Shown here: positions 9,466-17,088 of the stretch, in pieces | Layout of the letters: each line of letters starts with the position of its first letter | Position numbering within the stretch: the stretch's first letter is position 1 | Origin: Candidatus Eiseniibacteriota bacterium | Lineage (GTDB): Bacteria; Eisenbacteria; RBG-16-71-46 | NCBI GenBank assembly: GCA_044222065.1 | Contig: JBGAOA010000058.1 | Location: forward strand, 3,503-26,915 | DNA length: 23,413 bases | Reading direction: 5' to 3' | Translations under genes and position numbers: made by a program | Notes under the pieces: generated by a model | Database searches by the model: none | Told to the model about the DNA's origin: nothing | What the model saw: the letters and a program-made list of their open reading frames with translations, nothing else

Positions 9466-10716
9466 ATGTCGGATGCACGCCCTCGTGTGTTCGTGACCGG
9501 TGCCGGCGTGGTCTCGCCGCTCGGTAACGACATGGAGACATTCTGGACGCGTCTCGTCGCCGGAGAATCCGGCGCCGGTCCGATCACGCGTTTCGACACG
9601 ACGGACCACGGGACGAAATTCGCCTGCGAAGTGAAGGACTTCTCGGTCGAGCACGTCGTCGATCGCAAGGAGGCGAAGCGCATGGATCGCTTCGTCCAAT
9701 ACGCGATGACGGCCGCCGACGAGGCGTTGCGCAGCGCCCGACTGGGCGCGGACGCCACCTTCGATCGCGAGCGCTGCGGCGTGATCATCGGTTCGGGCAT
9801 CGGGGGCATGGAGACGTTCGAGACTCAGCACCGGGCGCTGGTCGAGAAAGGCCCGGGGCGGGTGAGTCCGTTCTTCATTCCCATGATGATCTCGAACATG
9901 GCGGCCGGCCATGTCTCGATCCGATTCGGGCTCAAGGGCCCGAACTTTTCTCCCGTCTCCGCGTGCGCCTCCGGGGCTCACGCGATCGGCGAGGCGCTTC
10001 GCCTGCTTCAAGCAGGCGATGCCGACGCCGTGCTCGCGGGCGGGTCCGAAGCCACCATCACGCCGATGGCGGTGGCCGGCTTCGGTAACATGCGAGCGCT
10101 CTCGACCCGGAACGACGATCCGCAGCGAGCCAGCCGTCCCTTCGACAAGGGCCGAGACGGCTTCGTCATCGGCGAAGGCGCCGGGCTGATCGTGCTCGAG
10201 ACCGAAGAGCACGCCCGCCGCCGCAACGCGCCGATCCTCTGTGAGCTGCTGGGCTATGGTGCCTCGGGCGACGCCTATCACATGACGGCGCCCTGCGAGG
10301 ACGGCGAAGGAGCGGCGCGCGCGATGGTGCGCGCCCTCCAGGACGCGCGTCTCGCTCCCGAGCGCATCGAGTACGTGAACGCGCACGGCACCTCGACGCC
10401 GGCGGGCGACCCCATCGAGGTCGCCGCGGTGAAGCGGGTGTTCGGCGATCACGCTCGCCGGTTGATGATGGGCTCCACGAAGTCCATGACCGGTCACCTG
10501 CTCGGCGCAGCCGGAGGCATCGAAGCCGTCGTCACGGCGCTCACGCTCGCTCGCGGGGTCGTTCCTCCCACGATCAACCTGGATGAACCGGATCCCACAT
10601 GCGACCTCGACTTCGTTCCACACAAGGCGCGCCATCAGAAGGTGAGCGCGGCTCTCTCGAACTCGTTCGGGTTCGGAGGACACAACGTGACTCTGGTGAT
10701 GGCGGCCGCACACTGA
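9466..10716 (+). CDS. fabF: 3-oxoacyl-ACP synthase II
   Basis: SACASG, NAHGTST, KSMTGHLLGAAG, SNSFGFGG. Confidence 0.97.
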   Translation: MSDARPRVFVTGAGVVSPLGNDMETFWTRLVAGESGAGPITRFDTTDHGTKFACEVKDFSVEHVVDRKEAKRMDRFVQYAMTAADEALRSARLGADATFDRERCGVIIGSGIGGMETFETQHRALVEKGPGRVSPFFIPMMISNMAAGHVSIRFGLKGPNFSPVSACASGAHAIGEALRLLQAGDADAVLAGGSEATITPMAVAGFGNMRALSTRNDDPQRASRPFDKGRDGFVIGEGAGLIVLETEEHARRRNAPILCELLGYGASGDAYHMTAPCEDGEGAARAMVRALQDARLAPERIEYVNAHGTSTPAGDPIEVAAVKRVFGDHARRLMMGSTKSMTGHLLGAAGGIEAVVTALTLARGVVPPTINLDEPDPTCDLDFVPHKARHQKVSAALSNSFGFGGHNVTLVMAAAH

Positions 10717-12236
10717 AGCGCCGCCGTCGCGGCGGACGGCGGCGCCGCGGAGGCGGCGGCCGTTCGGGCGACATCGGCGCTCGTCCCGGCTTCTGGAGCT
10801 GGCTACGCGCGCTGTTCGGCGGCGCGCGGCCGGTGGAGCGGCGTCCTGCCGCTCCGGCCCCGCGCACGAGCGGGCTGCCCGAGGAATCGCGCGTCCTCGA
10901 CGACTTCTGCCACCACTACGGGCTGCAGTTTCGCGACCGCGGCCTGCTCCGGCTCGCGCTGACGCATCGGTCCTACCTCAGCGTCACGGGGCAGGGGCCT
11001 CGCGAGTCGAACGAGCGACTCGAGTTCCTGGGCGACTCGGTGCTCGGGCTCGTCACGAGCGAGTACCTGTACCGAAAGCACCCGAACGAACACGAGGGTC
11101 AGCTCACGAAGACCAAGTCGCTGCTGGTCTCGAAGGCGATCCTGTCGCGTCGGGCGCTCGCGATGGGGCTCGGCAAGTTCGTGCTCCTGAGCCACTCCGA
11201 AACCGAATCCGGCGGCCGTCAGCGACTGTCGATCCTCGCGGACGCGTTCGAGTCGGTGATCGGCGCGATCTACCTCGACCAGGGCTTCGAACCCGCGCGC
11301 GCGTGGATCGAGCGCTGGCTGCTCGTCGAGGCGAACTCGATCGTCTCCGACAAGCGGCACACGAACTACAAGAGCCACTTGCAGGAGTACGTCCAGAGCA
11401 CCTTCCGCACGCATCCGTCGTACCGGATCCGCAGCGAGATCGGCCCGGACCACAGCAAGCACTTCGTCGTTGAAGTCGTCGTCGGCAAGCGAACGCTCGG
11501 CGAAGGCAAGGGCCACAACAAGAAGGAGGCGGAGCAGGCGGCGGCGCGCGACGCGCTCGAGCGCGTCGAGGGCCTGCGCGAGTCGCGTCGTCGTGAATCG
11601 CGGACGATGCTCGACGAGCCGGCGACCTCTCGGGAGTTGTCGAGCGAGGCCGCGGAGGATCTCCGGCCGAGGCGCTCCCGAAGGTCCGAGCCTGCGGAAG
11701 AGCGGCCGACGCGCGAGCGGCCGATTCGCGAGCGGCCGGTGCGCGAGCGGTCGGTGCGCGAGCGGCCGGTGCGCGACGAGGCGCCGCGCAGCGCGAGTCG
11801 CGCGTCAGCGGTTCCGCCCCTCCTCCCGACGGGGGAAGGGAAGTTCGAGCGGCTGGCGCGCGAGATGGCGAAGGCCGAGCACGAGCTCGAAGACACCGAC
11901 GTCGTCGTGCCCGCGCTCGCTCACGTCGAGGACGACGAGGAAGTCGGGCGCCCGGACTACTCGCACGAAGACCTGCACGTTGATGTTTACGAGATGCGCG
12001 AGGACGAGTTCGATGCGGATGTCGAGCCGGCGCGCGAGCCCGAGTGGAACGTCGACGATCGGATCGTGCCGGAGACTGCGGCCGAACTCGAAGACGATTC
12101 ACTCGATGATGGGTCCGATCGGGAGCCGTCATCCGGGCGCAACCAACCCAGCGCCCCCGAGGCGGCGGATCCGCCGCCTCGGGAGTCGGGAGCCGGGTTC
12201 GGGCGGCGGCCCGGGCGCTCGCGCCGCGGACGATAG
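10713..12236 (+). CDS. rnc: Ribonuclease III with N- and C-terminal low-complexity extensions (start uncertain)
   Basis: ALTHRSY, NERLEFLGDSVL, ADAFESVIGAIYLD and dsRBD (NYKSHLQE...GPDH...KKEAEQAAA). Possible starts are CTG 10713 (overlapping the fabF stop), GTG 10833 or ATG 10599. Confidence 0.93.
   Translation: MKRRRRGGRRRRGGGGRSGDIGARPGFWSWLRALFGGARPVERRPAAPAPRTSGLPEESRVLDDFCHHYGLQFRDRGLLRLALTHRSYLSVTGQGPRESNERLEFLGDSVLGLVTSEYLYRKHPNEHEGQLTKTKSLLVSKAILSRRALAMGLGKFVLLSHSETESGGRQRLSILADAFESVIGAIYLDQGFEPARAWIERWLLVEANSIVSDKRHTNYKSHLQEYVQSTFRTHPSYRIRSEIGPDHSKHFVVEVVVGKRTLGEGKGHNKKEAEQAAARDALERVEGLRESRRRESRTMLDEPATSRELSSEAAEDLRPRRSRRSEPAEERPTRERPIRERPVRERSVRERPVRDEAPRSASRASAVPPLLPTGEGKFERLAREMAKAEHELEDTDVVVPALAHVEDDEEVGRPDYSHEDLHVDVYEMREDEFDADVEPAREPEWNVDDRIVPETAAELEDDSLDDGSDREPSSGRNQPSAPEAADPPPRESGAGFGRRPGRSRRGR
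11700..11774 (+). repeat. Five tandem 15-nt repeats encoding ER(P/S)(T/I/V)R within the RNase III tail
   Basis: gagcggccgacgcgc / gagcggccgattcgc / gagcggccggtgcgc / gagcggtcggtgcgc / gagcggccggtgcgc. Confidence 0.9.
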
Positions 12237-12258
12237 CCACAGCCCGACACTCCGCAGC

Positions 12259-12302
12259 GAAAACGAGCAGAGGCGGCACCGATCGGTGCCGCCTCTGCTC
12301 GT
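12259..12302 (-). terminator. Perfect 40-bp palindrome forming a terminator, probably bidirectional, with the better U-tail on the minus strand
   Basis: ACGAGCAGAGGCGGCACCGA|TCGGTGCCGCCTCTGCTCGT at 12263-12302. The minus strand ends ...CGTTTTC. Confidence 0.8.
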
Positions 12303-12422
12303 CTTCAGCCCCAGATTGCCGCCGCCTGCCCGACCAGGCTGACCCCTCGGTGATTCCCCAGCGCTAGCCAGGTGGCCAGCGGCAATCTGCGGCCGAGCCA
12401 CTAGGAATTGATTTCCGAATCG
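12259..12422 (-). ncRNA. Candidate unannotated structured small RNA (~165 nt)
   Basis: A 92-nt rod hairpin at 12305-12396 whose outer-stem G-U pairs form only on the minus strand, followed directly by the terminator. Promoter-like elements lie upstream and there is no credible ORF. Confidence 0.5.
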
Positions 12423-12458
12423 GGTCGCAGATTGACAGATCCCCCGAAGCTTGTGAAG

Positions 12459-12487
12459 CAAAAACGACATTATGGTGCAACGAGTTA
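12459..12487 (+). promoter_or_regulatory. IHF-like binding site
   Basis: GTGCAAcgagTTA at 12475-12487 keeps the CAA-N4-TTR core of WATCAANNNNTTR. An A-tract lies about 10 nt to its 5' side. Confidence 0.45.
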
Positions 12488-12542
12488 CGTGGTTATTCAG
12501 ACGTGGCGCGAGGGCGTGGCCACGATCGAATTCCGTGGTCGC

Positions 12543-12622
12543 GAGACAAAGTGTCGCGGCGTCGGCGCAAGCTCAGAAAAGGGGCGGTCCGAGGCGCGAA
12601 TCGAGGTGGGACGAACTGTCGC
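12543..12622. promoter_or_regulatory. Pair of enhancer-like (UAS) imperfect palindromes
   Basis: GAGACAaagTGTCGC (12543-12557) and GGGACGaacTGTCGC (12608-12622), 65 bp apart, next to the 3' end of an enhancer-binding-protein gene. Confidence 0.45.
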
Positions 12623-12630
12623 GAGTGCGC

Positions 12631-13995
12631 TCAGCGCGACTCGGAGGGGCGGGCGCGCCGCGCGGACATGCGATGGATCGTCCGGCGCGAGATACCGAGG
12701 ATCTGAGCGGCTCGCGTCCGATTGCCGCCGGTGTGCTCGAGCACGCGGCGCACGTAGTCCGCGACGACGGACGCCAGCTTCGGGAATTCGTCCCGCGCCG
12801 ACGACTCGGCGTCGGCGGTCCGACCGAGCGATTGCAGCGATTCGGATCCGATCACGTCGAGCGGGCTCATCATGACGGCGCGCGCGACGACGTTCTCGAG
12901 TTCGCGCACGTTGCCCGGCCAGTCGTATTCCGCGAGCCGCGCGAGAGCCGCGGGCGCGAATCGCGGCGAAACGTGACCGGACTCGCGCTCGAGCTTCTGG
13001 CGGAAGTGCTCCACGAGCGACGGAATGTCCTCCTTGCGCTCGCGCAGCGGCGGCAACGAAATCGTGATCACGTTGAGGCGATAGAAAAGGTCTTCGCGGA
13101 ACTTGCCCGCGCGGATCATCTTCTCGAGGTCGCGATTCGTCGCCGCGATCAGACGCACGTCCACCTCGATCTCTTCGTTGCCGCCGACGGGCTTGATGCG
13201 ATGCTCCTGAAGCGCGCGCAGCAGCTTCACCTGCAAGGCGGCCGGGAGTTCGCCGATCTCGTCGAGGAAAAGCGTGCCGAGATGCGCCTCTTCGAAGAGC
13301 CCGCGCCGCGTGCCCGTTGCACCCGTGAACGCGCCGCGTACGTGACCGAACAGCTCGCTCTCGAGCAGCCCCTCGGCGATCGCTGCAACGTTCACCGGAA
13401 CGAAGCGATTCGCCGCGCGCGGGCTCTGCTCGTGCAGCGACTTCGCGACGAGTTCCTTGCCGGTGCCGCTCTCGCCGAGCAGCAGTACCGACGAGAAGCG
13501 TGGCGCGACGCGAGCGACCGTCTTGAACACCTCGAGCATCGCAGCGGAGGCGCCGACGATGTTCGGCAGCTCGACGACCTCTTCGGCCGCCCGCTCCGGC
13601 GCGCGGCGTGACAACGCGCGCTGCTCGACGGCGCGCGTCATCACGCGCTGCAGCGCCTCGAGCGTGAGGGGCTTCGAAATGTAGTCGAACGCTCCCGACT
13701 GGATCGCTTCCATCGCCGACGGGATGCTGGCGTAGCCGGTCACGAGCACCACGGGCACCGACGTGTCGCGTTCGCGCAACGAGCGCAACAGGGCGAGTCC
13801 GTCGATCGTGCCGAGCCGAACGTCCGTGAGCACGACGTCGAATGGCTCTTCGGCGAACCGCCGCAGCGCCTCTTCGGCGCCGGACGCCACAGCGGGCTCG
13901 TAGCCGAGATGGCGCGTCATGCGTTCCATGATCGCGGCCACTTTCGGCTCGTCGTCCACGACGAGGATCTTCGCGGTGTGCTGAACGGTGTCCAT
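12631..13995 (-). CDS. Sigma-54-dependent NtrC-family response regulator (REC, AAA+ and Fis-type HTH)
   Basis: ILVVDDE, VLTD (phospho-Asp), GESGTGKE, ESELFGHVRGAFTGA, LFLDEIGE, FREDLFYRLNV, WPGNVRELEN, GNRTRAAQILGISRRT. The ATG at 13995 is preferred. Confidence 0.96.
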   Translation of the reverse strand: MDTVQHTAKILVVDDEPKVAAIMERMTRHLGYEPAVASGAEEALRRFAEEPFDVVLTDVRLGTIDGLALLRSLRERDTSVPVVLVTGYASIPSAMEAIQSGAFDYISKPLTLEALQRVMTRAVEQRALSRRAPERAAEEVVELPNIVGASAAMLEVFKTVARVAPRFSSVLLLGESGTGKELVAKSLHEQSPRAANRFVPVNVAAIAEGLLESELFGHVRGAFTGATGTRRGLFEEAHLGTLFLDEIGELPAALQVKLLRALQEHRIKPVGGNEEIEVDVRLIAATNRDLEKMIRAGKFREDLFYRLNVITISLPPLRERKEDIPSLVEHFRQKLERESGHVSPRFAPAALARLAEYDWPGNVRELENVVARAVMMSPLDVIGSESLQSLGRTADAESSARDEFPKLASVVADYVRRVLEHTGGNRTRAAQILGISRRTIHRMSARRARPSESR

Positions 13996-14150
13996 GGGGG
14001 CGGGTCTCAAGTCGAGGGAGGGATACCACCGTCGGGCCCGCGGTGCGAGCGCTACGGCTCGACGGACCGCGAATTTCGCGCCCGCTCCCGGGCTCTCCTG
14101 ACGATTCGCGAACGTGAATCCGAGTTGCACCGTGCTAAGCTCGCGCGCCC

Positions 14151-15812
14151 ATGCGACTCCGAATCGTGCTGTTCGCCGCGCTCGCGCTCTCGTCGGCCGG
14201 CGGATCCGTCGGCGCCGACGAACGCGCCTATCCGAGCGAGGAGGCGCTGGCCCGCTACGTCCAGGGCCGATTGCTCGAAGATCGTGGCGACGAGGATGCG
14301 GCGCTCGGCGAGTACTTCCGGGCGATCGCGATCGACCCCGGCGCGGTCGCGCCGATGCTCCGGATCAGCGAGATCGCCGCGCGCCGCGGGGAATTCCTTC
14401 GTTCGGTCGAGCTCGCCGAGCGAGCGATCGCCTCGGACTCCTCCTCGGCGCGGGCCTGGTGGCTGCTCGGCGCCTCCCAGTTCTCGCTCGGACGTCCGGC
14501 GATCGCGTTCGACGCCTGCCAGCGCGCGGTGGCGGCCGATTCGGAGCGAGTCGAATACTGGAGCACGCTCTCGCGCATCGCGGATTCGGTGCAACGCTTC
14601 GACGAGGTCGCGCGCGCGGCGAGCCACGTCGTGATGCTCGACCCCGACGACGGCGAGGCGTGGTTCCAACTCGCCTCGGCCGAGGCTCGTCTCGGCCGTT
14701 TCGGCGCCGCGCAGCGCTCGTTGAACTACGCGCGCGAGGCTGCACCGGGACGCCCGGGCGTGCACTTCCTGCAGGGCTGGATCTCGGAAGGGCTCGGCGA
14801 CACGACCGGTGCGATCGCCGCGTACCGCTCGCACCTTCAGGCGTTCCGCGACGACGGCGCGATTCGCCGCCGAATCGTTCAGCTGCTCGCGGGCTCGGGT
14901 CGAGATGACGAAGCGCTCGCGGAAGCCCGCCGCATCAGCGAGGACGAACCCGACGATCCCGAGGCGTGGGAGGTCCGTGCGGTGCTCGAGTTCCAGAACC
15001 ACCACGTCGAGCAAGGACAGGCCGCCGTGCGGCGGCTCGAATCGTTCGGGCCCGACGATGCGCGCAACCTGCGCCGCCGAGTCCGCATTCTCGCGGCCGC
15101 CGGGCGCAAGTCCGAGGCGGTCGCGCTGGCGCGGGACTGGAACTCGCGACGTGCGGGGCGCATCGACGGACTGATGGAGTTGTCCCGCGCGCTCGCCGCC
15201 ACGGGGAACGACTCGGCCGCGGTCACCACCGCACTGTCGGCCGTCGCGCTGGCGCCCGATTCGATCGGCCCGCGGCTGCTGGTCGCGGGGCTTCACCAGG
15301 CCGCGGGGCGCTTCGACTCCGCGGCGCTCGCGTGGCGAGACGTTCTCACGCGGGCCCCGGACGACGTGGCGGCCCGCATCGAGCTCGCCTCGTGCCTCGT
15401 GCGAGCAAGTCGCGCGGTCGAGGCCGAAGTCGAGATTCGAGAGGCTTTGCGACGAGATCCGGACAACGCCACTGCGCTCAACTTCCTCGGCTACCAGCTC
15501 GCCGAGGAGAATCGCGGACTCGACGAAGCCGAGAGCCTCATCCGCCGGGCCGTCCAGCAGCAGCCCGAGAACGGGGCGTTCGTGGACTCCATGGGCTGGG
15601 TGCTCTACCGGCTCGGCCGCCTCGAACAGGCGAAGGCCGAACTCGAGCGGGCCGTCCGGTTGACGGGGGGGGACCCGCCCGTCCACGAGCACCTCGGGGA
15701 CGTCTATCGCGATCTCCAGCAGCCGGATCTGGCCCGGATCCAGTACCGGAAGGCGCTTTCCAGCGACGCCCGGAACGAGCGGCTGAAGCGCAAGCTCGAG
15801 ACGCTTCGGTAG
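14151..15812 (+). CDS. Exported tetratricopeptide-repeat protein (C-terminus resembles the LbcA/PA4667 family)
   Basis: Signal peptide MRLRIVLFAALALSSA...; many TPR units; ALNFLGY...PENGAFVDSMGWVLYRLG...EHLGDVY. Confidence 0.85.
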   Translation: MRLRIVLFAALALSSAGGSVGADERAYPSEEALARYVQGRLLEDRGDEDAALGEYFRAIAIDPGAVAPMLRISEIAARRGEFLRSVELAERAIASDSSSARAWWLLGASQFSLGRPAIAFDACQRAVAADSERVEYWSTLSRIADSVQRFDEVARAASHVVMLDPDDGEAWFQLASAEARLGRFGAAQRSLNYAREAAPGRPGVHFLQGWISEGLGDTTGAIAAYRSHLQAFRDDGAIRRRIVQLLAGSGRDDEALAEARRISEDEPDDPEAWEVRAVLEFQNHHVEQGQAAVRRLESFGPDDARNLRRRVRILAAAGRKSEAVALARDWNSRRAGRIDGLMELSRALAATGNDSAAVTTALSAVALAPDSIGPRLLVAGLHQAAGRFDSAALAWRDVLTRAPDDVAARIELASCLVRASRAVEAEVEIREALRRDPDNATALNFLGYQLAEENRGLDEAESLIRRAVQQQPENGAFVDSMGWVLYRLGRLEQAKAELERAVRLTGGDPPVHEHLGDVYRDLQQPDLARIQYRKALSSDARNERLKRKLETLR

Positions 15813-15818
15813 ATCCGC

Positions 15819-15847
15819 GGAACCGCCGCCCCCGCCGGGGGTAGCAA
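15819..15847 (+). promoter_or_regulatory. Putative ECF-type autoregulatory promoter
   Basis: GGAACC-N16-GTAGCAA, ending 18 nt upstream of the ECF start codon. Confidence 0.4.
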
Positions 15848-15865
15848 CGTTCGGAGAGTCGACCT

Positions 15866-16486
15866 TTGGCCCCTGATCGCGATCCCTCCACACCACCGGT
15901 TCTCAGCCTGTCCGACGAGGACCTGATGGCCCGCGTGGGTGAGGACGACGATCGGGCGTTCTCGGAACTGGTGCATCGGTTCCAGGGTCGGGTCACCAAT
16001 CTGATCAGCCGGGTCCTGAACGACCGGGAGTGTGCGGACGACCTCGCGCAGGAAGTGTTCGTACGCGTGTTCGTCCACCGGAGGAACTACCGCCGGGGCT
16101 CCAAGTTCTCGACGTGGCTCTTCACGATCGCAGCCAACCTCGCCAAGAACGAGATCCGACGGCGGGTGCGGCGGCGGAACTGGTTCAGTCTGGACGCGAT
16201 GCAAGAGGTCCTGAAGGACAGCGCGCTGCCGCTGGCCGACCCGACCGAGAGCCGGGAGAGCCGGATGGAGCGCGAGCAGCTGCAGGAAGCGATGGGCCGC
16301 GCGATTTCGACGGTGCCCGAGAAGTACCGGCTCGCGCTGGTTCTGAGAGACGTCGAAGGCTTGCCCTACGAGGAGATCGCACAGGTGCTCGGCATTCCCG
16401 GCGGAACGGTGCGTTCCCGCATCAACCGCGCGCGGAGCATGCTCAAGCGCAAACTTCAACCGCTACTGCGACGGAGCGACGGATGA
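15866..16486 (+). CDS. ECF sigma-70 factor (RpoE/SigW-like)
   Basis: TTG start with GGAG SD. Region 2: ADDLAQEVFVRV...SKFSTWLFTIAAN. Region 4: LRDVEGLPYEEIAQVLGIPGGTVRSRINRAR. Confidence 0.95.
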   Translation: MAPDRDPSTPPVLSLSDEDLMARVGEDDDRAFSELVHRFQGRVTNLISRVLNDRECADDLAQEVFVRVFVHRRNYRRGSKFSTWLFTIAANLAKNEIRRRVRRRNWFSLDAMQEVLKDSALPLADPTESRESRMEREQLQEAMGRAISTVPEKYRLALVLRDVEGLPYEEIAQVLGIPGGTVRSRINRARSMLKRKLQPLLRRSDG

Positions 16487-17088
16487 ACTGCCGACACGCC
16501 CACCGACTCTTCGGGGCGTACTGGGACGACGAAATCACGCAGGCCGAGCGCGAGTGGCTCGAGGGTCACTTCACCGCGTGTTCGAGCTGCCGTGCGGAAT
16601 ACGAGTCATACGCTCGCGCGCTCGAAGCGCTCGCGACGATGCCGCGCGTCGAGCCGCAGCCCAACTTCGCCGAGCGCGTGCTGCAACGCGCGCGCCGCGC
16701 GAGCACGGCGCCCGACCGGCTCGATCCCGTCGCGGTACCGCGTCGCTGGGTCCCGCTGGCCGCGGCCGCCGGCGTGCTCGTCGTCGCCGCGGCGGCGACG
16801 GCGCCGTGGTTCCTCGCGCCGCGTGGGCCGGCACCGATTGCTTCGCGCACCACGCCGGCGCCGACGGCGCCCGCTCGCGTCACGGAGCCCACGCTCGAAC
16901 CCGCGCCGTCGTCGAGCGTTGGCCAGCCCGTCGCCGCGGTCGTTCCGGAATCCTCGCCGGACAGCCTGTTCGATCACAGCGGTGACGTCGAATTCATCCT
17001 CGATCCCGTCGTCCTTCGCCGCGGCCGCGCGAGTGTGACTCGCGTGCCGGCGGGAGGATCGGGTGAGCACAGCGTCGTCTCGTTCTGA
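16483..17088 (+). CDS. zf-HC2 transmembrane anti-sigma factor
   Basis: ATGA overlap with the sigma gene. MNC...HFTACSSC (HxxxCxxC), then the TM helix WVPLAAAAGVLVVAAAATAPWFL and a Pro-rich linker. Confidence 0.9.
   Translation: MNCRHAHRLFGAYWDDEITQAEREWLEGHFTACSSCRAEYESYARALEALATMPRVEPQPNFAERVLQRARRASTAPDRLDPVAVPRRWVPLAAAAGVLVVAAAATAPWFLAPRGPAPIASRTTPAPTAPARVTEPTLEPAPSSSVGQPVAAVVPESSPDSLFDHSGDVEFILDPVVLRRGRASVTRVPAGGSGEHSVVSF

Noticed and set aside
11700..11774. Tandem repeats as a CRISPR array
   Set aside because: 15-nt in-frame coding repeats with no spacers and no cas genes.
12305..12396. Rod hairpin as SRP RNA, 6S RNA or tRNA
   Set aside because: It lacks the SRP helix-8 motif (CAGG...GNRA...AGCAG) and any cloverleaf. 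The rod is about half the usual 6S length.
12432..12460. Perfect TTGACA on the plus strand as a sigma-70 promoter
   Set aside because: No TAnnnT at 16-18 nt spacing, and it would point antisense into the regulator gene.
12129..12470. 113-aa minus-strand ORF across the candidate sRNA
   Set aside because: No SD, atypical codons, runs through the terminator and into rnc, and has no recognisable motif.
12472..15896. Long antisense ORFs (379 aa and 614 aa); similar ones lie opposite sucD, fabF, pilT and accC
   Set aside because: Antisense shadows caused by high GC at third codon positions of well-supported genes.
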